The notes beneath the pieces are model-generated. The model ran no database searches, was not told where the DNA came from, and saw nothing but the letters and a program-made list of their open reading frames with translations. DNA of 64,000 bases from Eledone cirrhosa (lineage: Eukaryota), in NCBI GenBank assembly GCA_964016885.1, contig OZ024756.1, positions 32,302,001 through 32,366,000 of the forward strand, in the 5' to 3' direction. Made by a program: the position numbers and the translations under genes. This document shows positions 13,891-27,414 of this stretch, in pieces (the stretch's first letter is position 1; each line of letters begins with the position of its first letter).

Positions 13891-14067
13891 GTATGTATTT
13901 ATGTATTTATGTATGTATTTGTGTGTGTGTGTGTCTTTCTCTCCCACTTTCCACTTGTTCTACCTCTATCCGTCTCTCTCTTCCGTTCTCTTCCTTTCAC
14001 TCTCTTGTACACAACCTTCGCAGCTGTGTCTCTTTCTCTCCCTCTTATCCTGTCTTAACTACCCTTA

Positions 14068-14411
14068 GGACCGGTGGATTGGCAGAATCGGTAGAGCATT
14101 GGGCACCATGCTTTGTAGCATGGAGTTATGGCCCTTTACGATATGAGTTCATATCCTGCCGAGCTCAACTTTGGCTTCCATCCTTACGGGGGAGTTAAAT
14201 AAAGTACCTGTAATGCACTAGGGTAATTGCTGGCCATGTCCCAAAAATAGAAACAATTATTTAATAAATGAATACTCCGTCTATCATTATCTATGAGTTC
14301 AAATCCCGCCGAGGTTAACTTTGCCTTTCATCCTTACGGGGTCGATAAAATAAAGTGCCAGTAATGCACTGGGTATTTGCTGACATTGTGCCAAAAGTAG
14401 AAACAATTATC
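14068..14411 (+). mobile_element. Two SINE copies in tandem (14068-14261 full, 14293-14411 5'-truncated)
   Basis: Both match the main SINE and end tagaaacaattat. Confidence 0.88.
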
Positions 14412-14759
14412 ACCTACCTAGGATGTATATATACTGACGGGGAGTGCTTTGTGTGCTAGGAGCTGCTTATTCTTAGAAAGTTACAACGTAACAATTAATA
14501 TAAACAACACGCTTCTTCAACTGTATATACATTGGCAAAATCAACTGCGTATGTATATTTATAAAATATATCACAAATACGAGAACAAAGAGGGAGATAA
14601 AAAGAAAGTGAGAGCCAAATCTACGGGAACAAACACATAAACACACAGACATACTTAAACTGAAACAAACACACAAACATACACGCGCAGGCACACGCAG
14701 TACCTATATATATATATATATATATATATATACGCAAATTCATATATGTGTATACACAA

Positions 14760-14826
<67 letters not shown>

Positions 14827-14919
14827 TATCTATACATATATTCATATATATATATATATATAAAATATATATATATATATATACATATACAAATATATAT
14901 ATATGCATATATGCATATA

Positions 14920-15015
<96 letters not shown>

Positions 15016-15450
15016 TATATATAGATACACACATATATAAATATATATATTTAGTGAGAAGAAACAGATTTACTCTAAAGTTACTAAGCAACATGGATGC
15101 CGATTGAAACTACTGTTAATGTTAGCGTTTCAATGTATATCTTTGCTACCGCGTTTCTGTAGTATCGCCATTGTTATTGTTTAGTGAGAAAATATAGAAA
15201 CTTTTCTTCTCTTTACATTTATCATGTTTTACTTCTGTACTATGTTGTACTATGATTGTGTATTATTCTAGACTCTTGTATGCTATTGTTGTTCGGTATT
15301 ATTTCTATATATTATTGTATTATATTATGTTAGAAACAATTATGTTATCAATCAAACTGTTCATAATACAAATACTCACGGAAATACAGACAGAGACGAG
15401 TGACATAACAGAAATAAGTCCATATATGGGAAAAATACGTATATGTATTC

Positions 15451-15503
<53 letters not shown>

Positions 15504-15519
15504 TAGATATATACGTATA

Positions 15520-15552
<33 letters not shown>

Positions 15553-15731
15553 ATACATGTATACGTATATACATATACACGTATATATGTATATACATAT
15601 ACATATATACGAATATACATATATACGTATATACATGTACATATGTACATATATACGTATATATATATATATACATATATACGTATATACATTTACATAT
15701 ACACGTATATACTTATACACATACATATGCA

Positions 15732-15847
<116 letters not shown>

Positions 15848-15898
15848 TGCAAACATATCCATACATACACACACACACTACTATATATATATATATAT

Positions 15899-16093
15899 AG
15901 TTTTAATATAGAAGAGCTTCTACAGGACTAGAACTGGTTCATTCGTGAGAAATCATCCGGAAGCTTCCTGATGATTTCTCACGAATGAAACAATTCTAGT
16001 CCTGGAGAAGCTCTTCTATATTAAAACTTTTAAAATCTGCTATGTATTGAGTACCTTACTTACTGTGGTTACCCCATATTCAACGCGGAATAA

Positions 16094-16097
<4 letters not shown>
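15899..16097 (+). mobile_element. (TA)n-anchored asymmetric hairpin element, family H2, with hammerhead-like core
   Basis: Hairpin 15899-16028 is centred on ggaagcttcc. CTGATGA (15968) and GAAAC (15987) are present. Tail tgtattgagtaccttacttactgtggtta. Homologous to 32062-32271. Confidence 0.75.
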
Positions 16098-16128
<31 letters not shown>

Positions 16129-16261
16129 TTCATTCTATCTATGTGTCTTTCTGAGTATATATTCATATGTGCATGTGAGCGTGTTAGCGTGTGTGTTTGT
16201 ATATTTATGTTTACGTATGTTCCACGTAAGTTTGTGTCAGTGTGCGTATGTGTCATTGTAA

Positions 16262-16316
<55 letters not shown>

Positions 16317-16914
16317 AGTATATATATGTGGTCTGTATGTGGTTGTGTTTGTGTGTGCGTTTTTCTGTTCCTGAGATCCACCTTCGCAAATACGTCAAGG
16401 GGAGTTTACATTTTCGAATGTATATTATCAGTACATTTTTGTAATGACGCTGTCAACATTTCGTTTGGTGACACAAGTATACAAATAAAATATTGAATCA
16501 TTTGTATAGGGTTTCGCATTATATCTCGTTATCGCATTCACTCGTGACTTTCCAGCTGATTTTTGTTTGTTGTTGCATTTTGTGTCGTCTTGTCAGTTAT
16601 ACCGTTGGCAAATTATTTGGTTGCCATCATTATTCTTTTGTTTCCCTATCTCATTCGATTTAAAATAAAACAAGCCACCATTTTGTAATTTCTAACTTTT
16701 GCCGTAATGTCTCCTACCCACTAAAACTCGCATACTTAGAGTAATAAATTAAATACATTAATCATTGACACGTAGTAATACTAACGGATCATATTTAGTA
16801 GAGGGCTTTTCTGCATTGACGTCAAGACAATCCTACACCTGTATAGTTTCATGAATGGTACGAGGTCGCTCTGTTCATATTAACGGGGCGTCATTTTATT
16901 TAGTATCGTATGAA

Positions 16915-17343
16915 GTTCGTGTATGGGCTCCTATACGAGCATTGAGTGCAGTGTCAACACTAAATGTCGGTGAGTTTGTCCAGCTAACCCCAGTCTCCTC
17001 TGTGCCACTTTCGAGCTCACTTTTGGGAGACTCCCGTACAGTTCTGAGTTTTTCATCCTCAATGTATACTGATTAATGTTCAGAGCCATTATCAGCATTC
17101 TCGTGTAGCAACCATCCACCATCTGAGTGAGTTTGTTGGTCAGTGTCCAGGTCTCAGACACGTACAGCGGCTCAGACTCCACTGTAGCAACGACACTAGA
17201 AGAGAGAGACCGAGGTAGACATATGTTGATACCCTTAGGACAGACACCGGCCTCTTGGAGACACAGGACATGTCAGCGATGATGAGGGACAGAGACCGCT
17301 GGAAAGAACTCGTCCAGAGATCTCGGGAATTTTACCCGCCCTA
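16915..17343. mobile_element. RTE-like LINE 3' fragment with 5' inversion
   Basis: Minus strand about 16915-17190 encodes ESEPLYVSETWTLTNKLTQMVDGCYTRML...QRRLGLAG. Plus strand about 17192-17343 encodes the directly following TRRERPR*TYVDTLRTDTG...RDRDRWKELV..SREFYPP*. Confidence 0.85.
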
Positions 17344-18063
17344 GATAGAGAGATTGTATGAAGTCAACGTATGTTTTGTTTTCGTTTTTATTTTTGCTTT
17401 TTTCATAATCGACTCTGAAAAAAGTCCAAACGTTTCTATAGTATTTCATATTAAAATCTCTCAATGTTTTGCCTCTGTGTGTGTCACACAGAAAAATATT
17501 ATTTAAAAACACAAGAAACTAGAACAAAATGTATTTTGTTCTAGTATTTTGATTTAGTTAAAATATAGTACAAGTAAATTAGTGGAATAAATATAATTGT
17601 GTCTATTCTTGTTACTATGTTAAACATTATTGTTAACGGCGCTGGATTGGTTCAAATATTTGAGCGTCGGATTAAGTATCATGTGATACGTATTCAAAAT
17701 CCATCATACCGGGATGAGGAAAGAAAGAACCAGACAGGTACTGGTGTCTATATAACTGATTTCTTTCAATGAATTGCTGGCCTTGGGTGTTTAATTAGAA
17801 ATCCTAAATTCCGGAAGATAAAGAAAATTGTTACAGCGTGATGATGCTTTGCGTTTATTGTTCAGGCATATTCCATCCGTTGGGGGTCACAATCCTTTTG
17901 AGGCCAATTTTCTATTTAATTTTCGTGGAGTTCAATAAGATAAGGCATGAGGCAAGTACCAGGGTCAATTAAATCTGCTTTCCCGTATCCCTAATTAATT
18001 AGCCTTCACCATTAATTCAATTATTATACTTTGTTGAAATAAAGAAAATAGTAATATTAGTAA

Positions 18064-18770
18064 GGGTGGAGGATTGGCATAATCGGTAGAGCGTCGGACA
18101 GCTTGCTTAGTGGCATAGAATTATGGCCCTTTATGTTCAGAGTTCAAATCCCGCCGAGGTTAACTTTGCCTTTCATCCTTATGAGGTCGATAAAATAAAG
18201 TACCAGTCACGCACTAGGGTCGATATAATCGACTTTCTCCTCCTCCTGAATTACTGGCCTTGTGCCTATACTAGAAATAATTATTAAGGGCGGTGGATTG
18301 GCAGAATCGGTAGAGCGTCGGACAATTTGCTTAATGGCATAGAGTTATGGATATTTATGCTCTGAGTTCAAATCCTGCCGAGGTTAACTTTCCCTTTCAT
18401 CCTTACGGGGTCGAATAAAATAAAGTACCAGTAATGTACTGGGATAATTGCTGGCCTTGTGACAAAAGCAGAAACAATTATTATTACTACGAATATACTT
18501 GTTCTTTTCCTATAACAAGAAAAAAAAAACAGAAAAAATAAAATAAAATAAAGAATAAAAAATTCGCCGAACACCAAAAAATATAAATAATTGTTTTTAC
18601 CTTATGCACAAGCCCAGCAATTACCCAGTGCATTACTGGTACTTTATTTTATCGACCCCGTAAGGATAAAAGGCAAAGTTAACCTTGTCGGAATTTGAAC
18701 TCAGAATGGCAAGGGCTGTTACTCTATACTTCAAAGTATGGCGGCCGCCCCTCTACCAATACTGCCAAAC
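18064..18770. mobile_element. SINE cluster: 18064-18285 (+), 18288-18485 (+), 18587-18770 (-)
   Basis: All three match the main SINE. The first has the longer 3' variant (ggtcgatataatcgacttt). Older copies lie just upstream (about 17640-18010). Confidence 0.88.
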
Positions 18771-19181
18771 CATGTTATATGAATTATAATTGTTTTAATA
18801 GTTATGTATTGTTATCTTTGGTTATTTTATTTTAAGTTTATTACGATTATTTTTTTGAATAATTCTATGTTGTCTATACGCATTGTTACTGCTATCTTAA
18901 TTCATATGAGTTTATATTTTTACTTTGCTTTTAATCATTATTTTCTATAAAATACGTCATTATGATGTATTTTATATTTTCCTTACAAAGTTAAAGAATT
19001 TTATCTACGGAAACAACCATTATTCGCATTACACATTTCCTTTTTCGGTATTAGCAATGAAGAAGAATAGAATTGTTGGATACTATGAGAAAGATGTACT
19101 GCTTCCAGCGAAAGCTATTGTACAACAAATGAAAATTGAATATATATATATGTGTGTATATATGTATATATGTATGTATAA

Positions 19182-19218
<37 letters not shown>

Positions 19219-19285
19219 CTATATATATTTACATATATATGTATATATGTATGTATATATATATATATATATATGTATATATACT

Positions 19286-19317
<32 letters not shown>

Positions 19318-19537
19318 CATGTATGTATGTATATGTGTATGGGTGTATGCGTGTATGCATATGTGTTTGTATATTTTGCGGTTTATTGTTGTTCCTTCTC
19401 GCTCGATATCTTTCGATAAAGGAATAGAAATTATTCCAAAGAAACCTTGCAACCAAAAGTGAACCAACTGAAACATAACAGTTATAACATATAGTAATAT
19501 GCATATATACACAGATCCTGTATGCATACAAGCATGA

Positions 19538-19662
<125 letters not shown>

Positions 19663-19820
19663 TACATGTATGTATAAATTTATATATATGTATGTATACA
19701 TATGTATGTATATATATATATATATATATATGTATACTTATGTATGTATATATATATGTATATATATATGTATGTGTACATATATGTATACACCCCTACA
19801 CACCACACACACACACACAC

Positions 19821-19856
<36 letters not shown>

Positions 19857-20087
19857 AGCATTTATCAGTGTATGTGCATATAGAATAATATGTACGGTCG
19901 TAAGAAATACAATGCTATTTTCTTTCGTCATAGACAACGCAATATTTAAAAGTACGCCATAAAAAAATTATGTATACAGACAGCTATGCACATTTTGATA
20001 TGAAATACGTAGGATTTCTTTTTTACTTGTTTTGTAATATGACTATATAAAGTCATTATTGTAGTCATCATATAATAATAATAATAA

Positions 20088-20177
20088 TTGGCACAAGGCC
20101 AGCAATTACCCAGTGCATTACTTGTACTTTATTTTATCGACCCCGGAAGGATAAAAGGCAAAGTTAACCTCGGCGGG
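20088..20177 (-). mobile_element. 5'-truncated SINE
   Basis: ttggcacaaggccagcaattacccagtgc...aaagttaacctcggcggg, next to a (taa)n tract. Confidence 0.85.
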
Positions 20178-20259
20178 TTACATAAGGTACTTTACATAAA
20201 GGGTTTACATAAAGTAGACTTAATGTCTACTTTATGTAAACCCTTGTGGTTAATAAAGA

Positions 20260-20672
20260 AAGTATTATTATTATTTTATTTCAATAATAGTAATATAAAT
20301 GTTATTGTTATTCCTTGAATCTCAGTCATTGATGTTGGTTAACTGGAAAGTCCGTTGGATTGAATATCAAGCCACTACCTGCAGCCTCAGATATTCAGGA
20401 CGTATCGGAGGGTTCTTGCCGTTCCAAGCAAGCATGCCTTTTGAAGCGTTCCAAAAAGCGTGAAGGGGCCGATTTTCTTTAACCATCCCTGGAAACCTTT
20501 GGAGATAGTCCCCAGTGCGCCTATGACAATCGGGATCACTTTGACTTCATGGCAGTTCCAAATCCTTTTCACCTCCCACTTTAGGTCCTGGTATCGGTTA
20601 ATTTTCTCCCTCTCCTTCTCTTGCACTCTCGTGTCGAACGGGCAGGCCACATCCACAATCAGGCACGATATA
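20260..20672 (-). mobile_element. R4/Dong-like LINE 3' end: restriction-like endonuclease C-terminus, 3' UTR and TAA-rich tail
   Basis: CLIVDVACPFDTRVQEKEREKINRYQDLKWEVKRIW..KVIPIVIGALGTI...LQKACLLGTARTLRYVL*. Flanked 5' by (TAA)n at 20677-20790. Confidence 0.88.
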
Positions 20673-20700
20673 AATGTTATTATTATTATTATTATTGTTA

Positions 20701-20782
<82 letters not shown>

Positions 20783-20819
20783 CATTATTCATTGGGGGAT
20801 TTTTTAGAACATCTGATGA

Positions 20820-20880
20820 AATGCTTTGCTACAATCTCACGGTTGCGAATCCCATTCGCTTACCACTCAGCCACGCGCCT
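20820..20880 (-). mobile_element. tRNA-derived head of a second SINE family
   Basis: Minus strand reads ggcgcgtggctgagtggtaagcgaatgggattcgcaaccgtgagattgt, related to 29078-29180. Confidence 0.55.
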
Positions 20881-20896
20881 TCACAAACATTTATGA

Positions 20897-21393
20897 AATA
20901 ATTGTTTCTACATTTGGCACATGGCTAGCAAACACCCAATGTATTACTGGTACTTTATTTTATCGAGCCCATAAGAATGAAAGGCAAAGTTAACGTTGAC
21001 AGGATATGGACTCAGAATAGCAAGGGCCGTGAATGTATGCGTCAAAGCATGGCGTCCGGCGCTCTACCGATACTGCCAATCCACTTCTGGTTTCATTATA
21101 GGTTTACTTTGCCTTTCATCCTTACGGGGTCGATAAAATAATTGCTGGCCTTGTGCCAAAAGAAGAAACAATTATTTAGAAATAAATGTTTCTAATTATT
21201 TATAAATAATTGTTTCTACTTTTTGGCACAAGGCCAGCAATCACCCAGTGCATTACTGGTACTTTATTTTATCGACCCCGTAAGGATGAAAGGCAAAGTT
21301 AACCTCGGCGGGATTTGAACTCAGATCATAAAGGGACGTAACTCTATGCTTCAAAGCATGGTGTTTGACTCTCTACCGATACTGCCAATCCAC
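20897..21393. mobile_element. SINE cluster: 20897-21084 (-), 21100-21175 (+, deleted), 21205-21393 (-)
   Basis: All match the main SINE. Confidence 0.85.
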
Positions 21394-21837
21394 TAATGAA
21401 ACCAGAAGAGAATAAATACAAGCATAAATATGTGTGTGAATTTTCCAGATTACTTTCATAAGGTAGTGGTATTGGTCAATGTCAAGCTACAGTAGAAGCC
21501 ATTTGCCAAGATAACCGCAAAGAATCATATCCGCTGGTATTCATTAGTAGTACATTTGCAGTTTCAAAATGGAAGACGTAATGTTTCCATATTCACGGCA
21601 ATTCTTTTAAATGCAAAACAAATATGAGTAGCTCAATCAGATATCGTATTAAATGACTTTGAAGTACATGTAAAAAAACGTTAGTTACTGGCAATATAAT
21701 GTGTTATATGTTCACGTTAATTCTCTCGTTTACCAATTAAGAATAATATTGAATTTTTGCTTGAATCAGACAAAACCAAAATACAGGATATGCATATAAA
21801 TATGCATACATACATAGAAATATATATATATATATAT

Positions 21838-21899
21838 AGTTCGGATCTAGCTGTCGAAACGGCCGGAGCTCAGCCGTCGGGGATCTGGGTCTTTTCCTA
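21838..21899 (+). mobile_element. Family H1 fragment in (TA)n
   Basis: agttcggatctagctgtcGAAACGGCcggagctcaGCCGTCgggg...cttttcctata. Confidence 0.7.
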
Positions 21900-21924
21900 T
21901 ATATATATATATATATATATATTT

Positions 21925-21961
<37 letters not shown>

Positions 21962-22170
21962 GTATATGTATGTCTAAGTGCATCTGCCCTACTGCAGCTA
22001 CAACATTTATATATATTTACCGCATATATATATATACGGTATATGTATATATATATGTATATATATATATATCTAAATATATATACCTTAATAAATATAT
22101 GTATATATATATTTATATATATATATATGTATATATATATAAAGTACACACACACATTATATATATATAT

Positions 22171-22227
<57 letters not shown>

Positions 22228-22258
22228 TGGTACACACACACACACATATATATATATA

Positions 22259-22330
<72 letters not shown>

Positions 22331-22404
22331 TATATATATATATATATATACATCTAAATATATATATATACATACATATATATATATATATATATACATC
22401 TAAA

Positions 22405-22464
<60 letters not shown>

Positions 22465-23150
22465 TATATATATATACATCTAAATATATATACCGTATAT
22501 ATATATATATATATATATATACGGTTTATGTATTTATGTATATATATATATAAGGTATATATATATATATATACAGTATATATATATATATATATAATAC
22601 TTGTGGAACTCAAGTTGGAACGGATTCTACTTCGTGTGTATGTACGTGTGTGTATGTGTGTGTATGTGGGTATGTGTGTATGTGTGTGTGCACGTGTGAG
22701 TGTGTGTGTGTGTACGTGTGTTTATGTACGTGTGTGTGTGTAAACCACTTAGATAATTGTTTTATCTTCTTAACGCCATTTTCACTTTCTTTGTTTTCAC
22801 TAAGATTACTTTTTGTTAATATAATTTTTTTAAATATTTCTTTTCTTTGTCGGTTTTGCGAATTTTTTAAAATTCTAGCTCTGGTTTAATTTTATTTTCA
22901 TCTCTTTATTATTATTATTATCGTTAGAGATTACAGTTCATTCATTGTATTATTACATTCAGCCATGAGATTGCGGCCAGACTGGGCTACCACTGTGGTT
23001 TAATCGGTCTTATCGTCCTCACTAAGTATGCCATTTAAATCTAGTAACTACTTTATCAACCTCTTATTATCAAACTGTTAATTTACAGAAAATAATACAT
23101 ATCACCATTTACGGAATACTTATACACAGATATATATATATAGTTAGAAT

Positions 23151-23570
23151 TTTAGTCTACGACTTCTGCTTACCATTTACGTGATTTTGTCTTTGCGTGC
23201 TATTGTTCTCCACGCTCCACATATGACTTATTATCTTCGTTTTTTCGTTCATTGCCAGAGAATGTCTCTATGCACCACCTAAGAGAACATTAGTCTACGA
23301 CCTCTTTTATACCATAAACGTGGTTCTGTCTTTGCGCGTAATTGTTTTTTACCGCTCCTATTAATGACGTATTATTCGTTTTTTCCCGTTCTTTGCCAGC
23401 GAACGTTTCCACGAACCAAAGTATCGTCTTCCTGTCTTCCCCCGGTTGCAACGTTTTTTGAAATATCCAGTTCTGCGTTTATAGATTGACTTTGTTAGTT
23501 TCAGAAGATCCCGTTAAGGGTGAAAGCAGCGATTCTTTGCTTAAACTTTAATCTGTTATTTTAATAAATA
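23151..23570 (+). mobile_element. Putative PLE-like relic with an internal tandem duplication of about 140 bp
   Basis: ttagtctacgac...tgtctttgcg...ttgccag occurs twice (about 23152 and 23290). Then comes cagaagatcccgttaagggtgaaa..., AATAAA and (TA)n. The 3' end matches 10218-10275. Confidence 0.45.
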
Positions 23571-24399
23571 TATATATATATATATACATTTATGTTCATA
23601 AAATTTTGTAGTTTATTTGAAGCATTGTATATATGGAAAGTGACATATGTAAGAAGGTTCAAAAATGCAAAATGGACGGTATCATGAAGGCAACGAAAAC
23701 GTTAGTTACTTGGTTGTTTCTTTGTTGTTTCTTTCGTCCTAATATTTCATGACATAAATGCCCTTCATCAGAGCATAAATAACTTTCAGAGTAAAACGTT
23801 CCGGTCTCTTCGTTTTTATGAGTTTCAGCAGGTTCCTTTTATCAATTTCCACTCTCATGGCTTGGATCAACTCGATGTTATTTTAGAAGTCACTTGCCCC
23901 ATCTGAATCTTACCCAAAACATCGTACTTGCGAATTGAATTCCTTAACGACACAGCCAAACATCTACCTGTTTATCTATTTTATTTTTGATCATTTTTAT
24001 TTATATATTTATTTTATATATCTATATTTATTTATATATTTATTTATATATTTTTAATGATTTATTTATTTATTTATTCATTTGTCTATATTTAATTTGT
24101 TTTTAAATTTATTTTTTTCTATCGATTTCAAATGTCAGTAAACGCTCCTAACCTCTCTTAGTCTCTTTTGCAATAAACTTAGAAATTAAACAAACATTAA
24201 AAAACAAAACAGCGCATACAACACCAAACAACAAAACAAACAAATGTCACAATCTACCAAGACAAACAACATAAATAAACAAGAAACAATGAAATAATAA
24301 AGCGGAATATAAAAACATATAAAGAAATATAAGATAAAAATATAAATATAAATATTGTTACTTTTTATGGTTGAAACTATTCTTATATTTTCTTGTATT

Positions 24400-25760
24400 C
24401 TTGCAACTGTTGTTGTTGTTGCTGTTGTTTTTTTTAAAAAGTTATTGTTGTTGTTGCTTTCATTATTGTTGTTAATGTTATTGTCACCGTTATTGTTGTT
24501 GTTGTTATTATAGTAGTTTCTTATTGAAACTGATGTCGTTGTTGCTTTCATTATTGCTGTCAACGATATAGACATTACTGTTGTTGTTATTCTTGTTGTT
24601 ATTGCTGCTGTTATTGTTGTTGTTATTGTTGTTGTTATCGTTGTGAATCTCGTTGTTCTTTTTTTTACTAGTGTTCATGTCCTTCTTGTTTTTATTATTG
24701 CTGTTACTTTCATCGTCATTATTGCTGTTATTGTTGTTATTGTTGTTGTTGTTGTTGTCGTTGTCGTTGTTGTTGTTGTTGTTGTTGTTGGTGGTGGTGG
24801 TGTGGTTGTCGTTGTGAATCTCGTTGTTATTTTTTTACTAGTGTTCATGTCGTTGTTGTTGTTGCTTTTATTATTTCTCTTACTGTTATTGTCACCATTG
24901 TAGTTGTTATTGTTGCTGATGGAGTTGTTTTTGTTATTGTTGTTATTATTGCCGTTATAGTTATTTTATTGAAGTTGATGTCGTTGTTGTTGCTTTTATT
25001 ATTGCTGTTAATGTTATGGTAATCACTGCTGTTTGTTGCTATTGCTGTGGTTCTTTTTTGTTGTTGATATTGTTGTTATTGATATTGTTGTGTTGCAATT
25101 ATGTTCTCATTGTTATTGTTGTTATTAACATTTATCATTGCTTTTAGCTATGTTAATAGCAAAGCTATTGTTACATTCCTTGTCGTTATTACTGTTGTTG
25201 TTGTTGTATTAGTGTCATAATTCTTGCTATTACTGTTATTGTTGCCAATACTGTTTCGTGTTGTTATTGCTGTTGTTATTGTTGTTGTTATTGTTGTTGT
25301 TGTTGTTGTTGTTATCGTTGTGAATCTCGTTGTTATTTTTTTTACTAGTGTTCATGTCCTTCTTGTTTTTATTATTGCTGTTACTTTCATTGTCATTGTT
25401 GGTGTTTTTCCATATCAATTATTGTCGCTGTTGTTGTTGTTGTTGTTGTTGCAATTTTTGTTGTTGCTCTTCGGATTTTTAAAATTATTTTTATTGTTGG
25501 TGATCGTAACATTATCGCTGTTTATTATTATTGTGAATTTTATTGCTTTAAATAATGTTGTTGATGTTATTGATGTTCGTCATTAATATCGGTGTTGATA
25601 TCAATGTTGTTTATATTGGTTTTTGCTGAGATTTATGTTGTTGCTATTGCTCTTGTTGCTAATATCAATATGTTGTTGATATTTATGTTGTTGCTATTGC
25701 TGTTGTGACTAATATTAATAGATTTGTTGCTATTAATGTTGCTGCTATTGATGTTGTGAC
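24400..25760. repeat. Degenerate (GTT/ATT)n low-complexity tract with internal duplications
   Basis: tcgttgtgaatctcgttgtt..ttttactagtgttcatgtc occurs three times (about 24638, 24809, 25316). Confidence 0.9.
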
Positions 25761-25921
25761 TAATATTAATATTAGTATAGTGTGCCTATTGATATTATAC
25801 ACAAATATATATATACATGTAGATATGATACATCAAATGAAATTGTAATTGACAATATGCACAGAAATTGAACGAAGACTGTGTTACACTCTCAACAAAA
25901 AAAAAAAAAAATAGCGATAAA

Positions 25922-26378
25922 TCTTTTTAAAAATATCTCTCAACGAACGTGGAAGAAAGAAGTATCAGTTTATTTACTATACACAATAATATCCTCTATG
26001 AGGTCACTAAACCTGCTAGAAACAGCAGCTAACTCTCCCCCATATCATACCCCTCCCTACTGTCTTAAATTTAGAAAACACACATTAGACAACCATGCAG
26101 AACAGCTCCATCGCAGCTCTGTTGTTCGGCTGGCATCGTCTACGCGCGTGTTGCGCAAGTACTGTGAAACAATAAATTTCAACACTTCTTTGCACAGAGA
26201 TAATATCCATAGGCGAAACTATAATTGTCACTGCTGGAGCAGCTCCTGCTTCGGCAGTCCAGGTTTGCAATTCATTCACCCAGTGCCTAGTAGACAAAGA
26301 AGTGCTGCCATAAAATGGGTGGTGCGACCTAATTTTGGTAACTTACTGACCCCGAGTAACGCCGGGCTTTAATGCTAG
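25922..26378 (+). mobile_element. Non-autonomous Helitron; 3' end supported, 5' boundary uncertain
   Basis: Subterminal hairpin cccg-agtaacgc-cggg, then CTAG (26375-26378) followed by T, the canonical Helitron 3' terminus. Confidence 0.65.
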
Positions 26379-26926
26379 TATATATATATATATATATTTA
26401 CATATATATAAATATATATATATTTATATATATATAAATATACATATTTATATATATATAAATATACATATGTATATATATATATATATAAAAGATGAAT
26501 TTAAAATGAAAGTGCTTTTATAAAGAATTTATTAGGTATTGACATATGTTTCTGTAACAGACGGAATACCTATGTATCGCTGCTTGCATCATCATATAAT
26601 GTTAGCAAGTATTCGATAGCAAATGTATAATCAGTTGTCACTTCTTCAAAGATTTTGGATAAATTGGAAAAAATCAGAAAAATTGAAGTATTTATATTAG
26701 TTGTAAGAAAGTAAGAACAGAGGGGATAGTATATGACATATGGCAATTCAATTTACTGGTAAACAAGTATATAGAAGGTTTAAATTCCTTTATAAAAGCA
26801 CTTTCATTTTATATTCATCTTTTCTACATTTTCTCCGGAATAATTTATACTCGTTGAGTAAACCTACACATACGCTGTTCATCTCTAACGTGACGATATA
26901 TTATCACTACATTATTGATAACTTGA

Positions 26927-26993
<67 letters not shown>

Positions 26994-27035
26994 CTGTATA
27001 TTATATATATAAAATTAAATATATTAATATATATA

Positions 27036-27090
<55 letters not shown>

Positions 27091-27414
27091 TTGTGTGTGT
27101 ATGTCTGTGTGTGTGTCTATGTGTGTGTCTCTGTGTGTGTCTGTGTGTGTCTGTGTGTATCTACGTTGTTTTTTATGTTATTATTCACTGCGTTTGCGAA
27201 GATAATTATGCTATCTTTGGAAATTTAATGAGTGTTTTTTTCTCTACTTCAGATATCATATTCTAATATTCTAATGAAGGAACACCATAAAATTATAGCC
27301 ATTTAAATATTCAAATGTGTGAATATATCAGCGCAGGAGGTCCGCTGCTAGACACATAATCTTCATTGGTTTCTATGTGTTCATTGTTGCTGCTGGTGAT
27401 GGTTTTGAGACATG

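Noticed and set aside
25881-26372. 163-aa non-repetitive ORF
   Set aside because: There is no recognisable domain, it has a non-ATG start, and it lies within a putative Helitron repeat.
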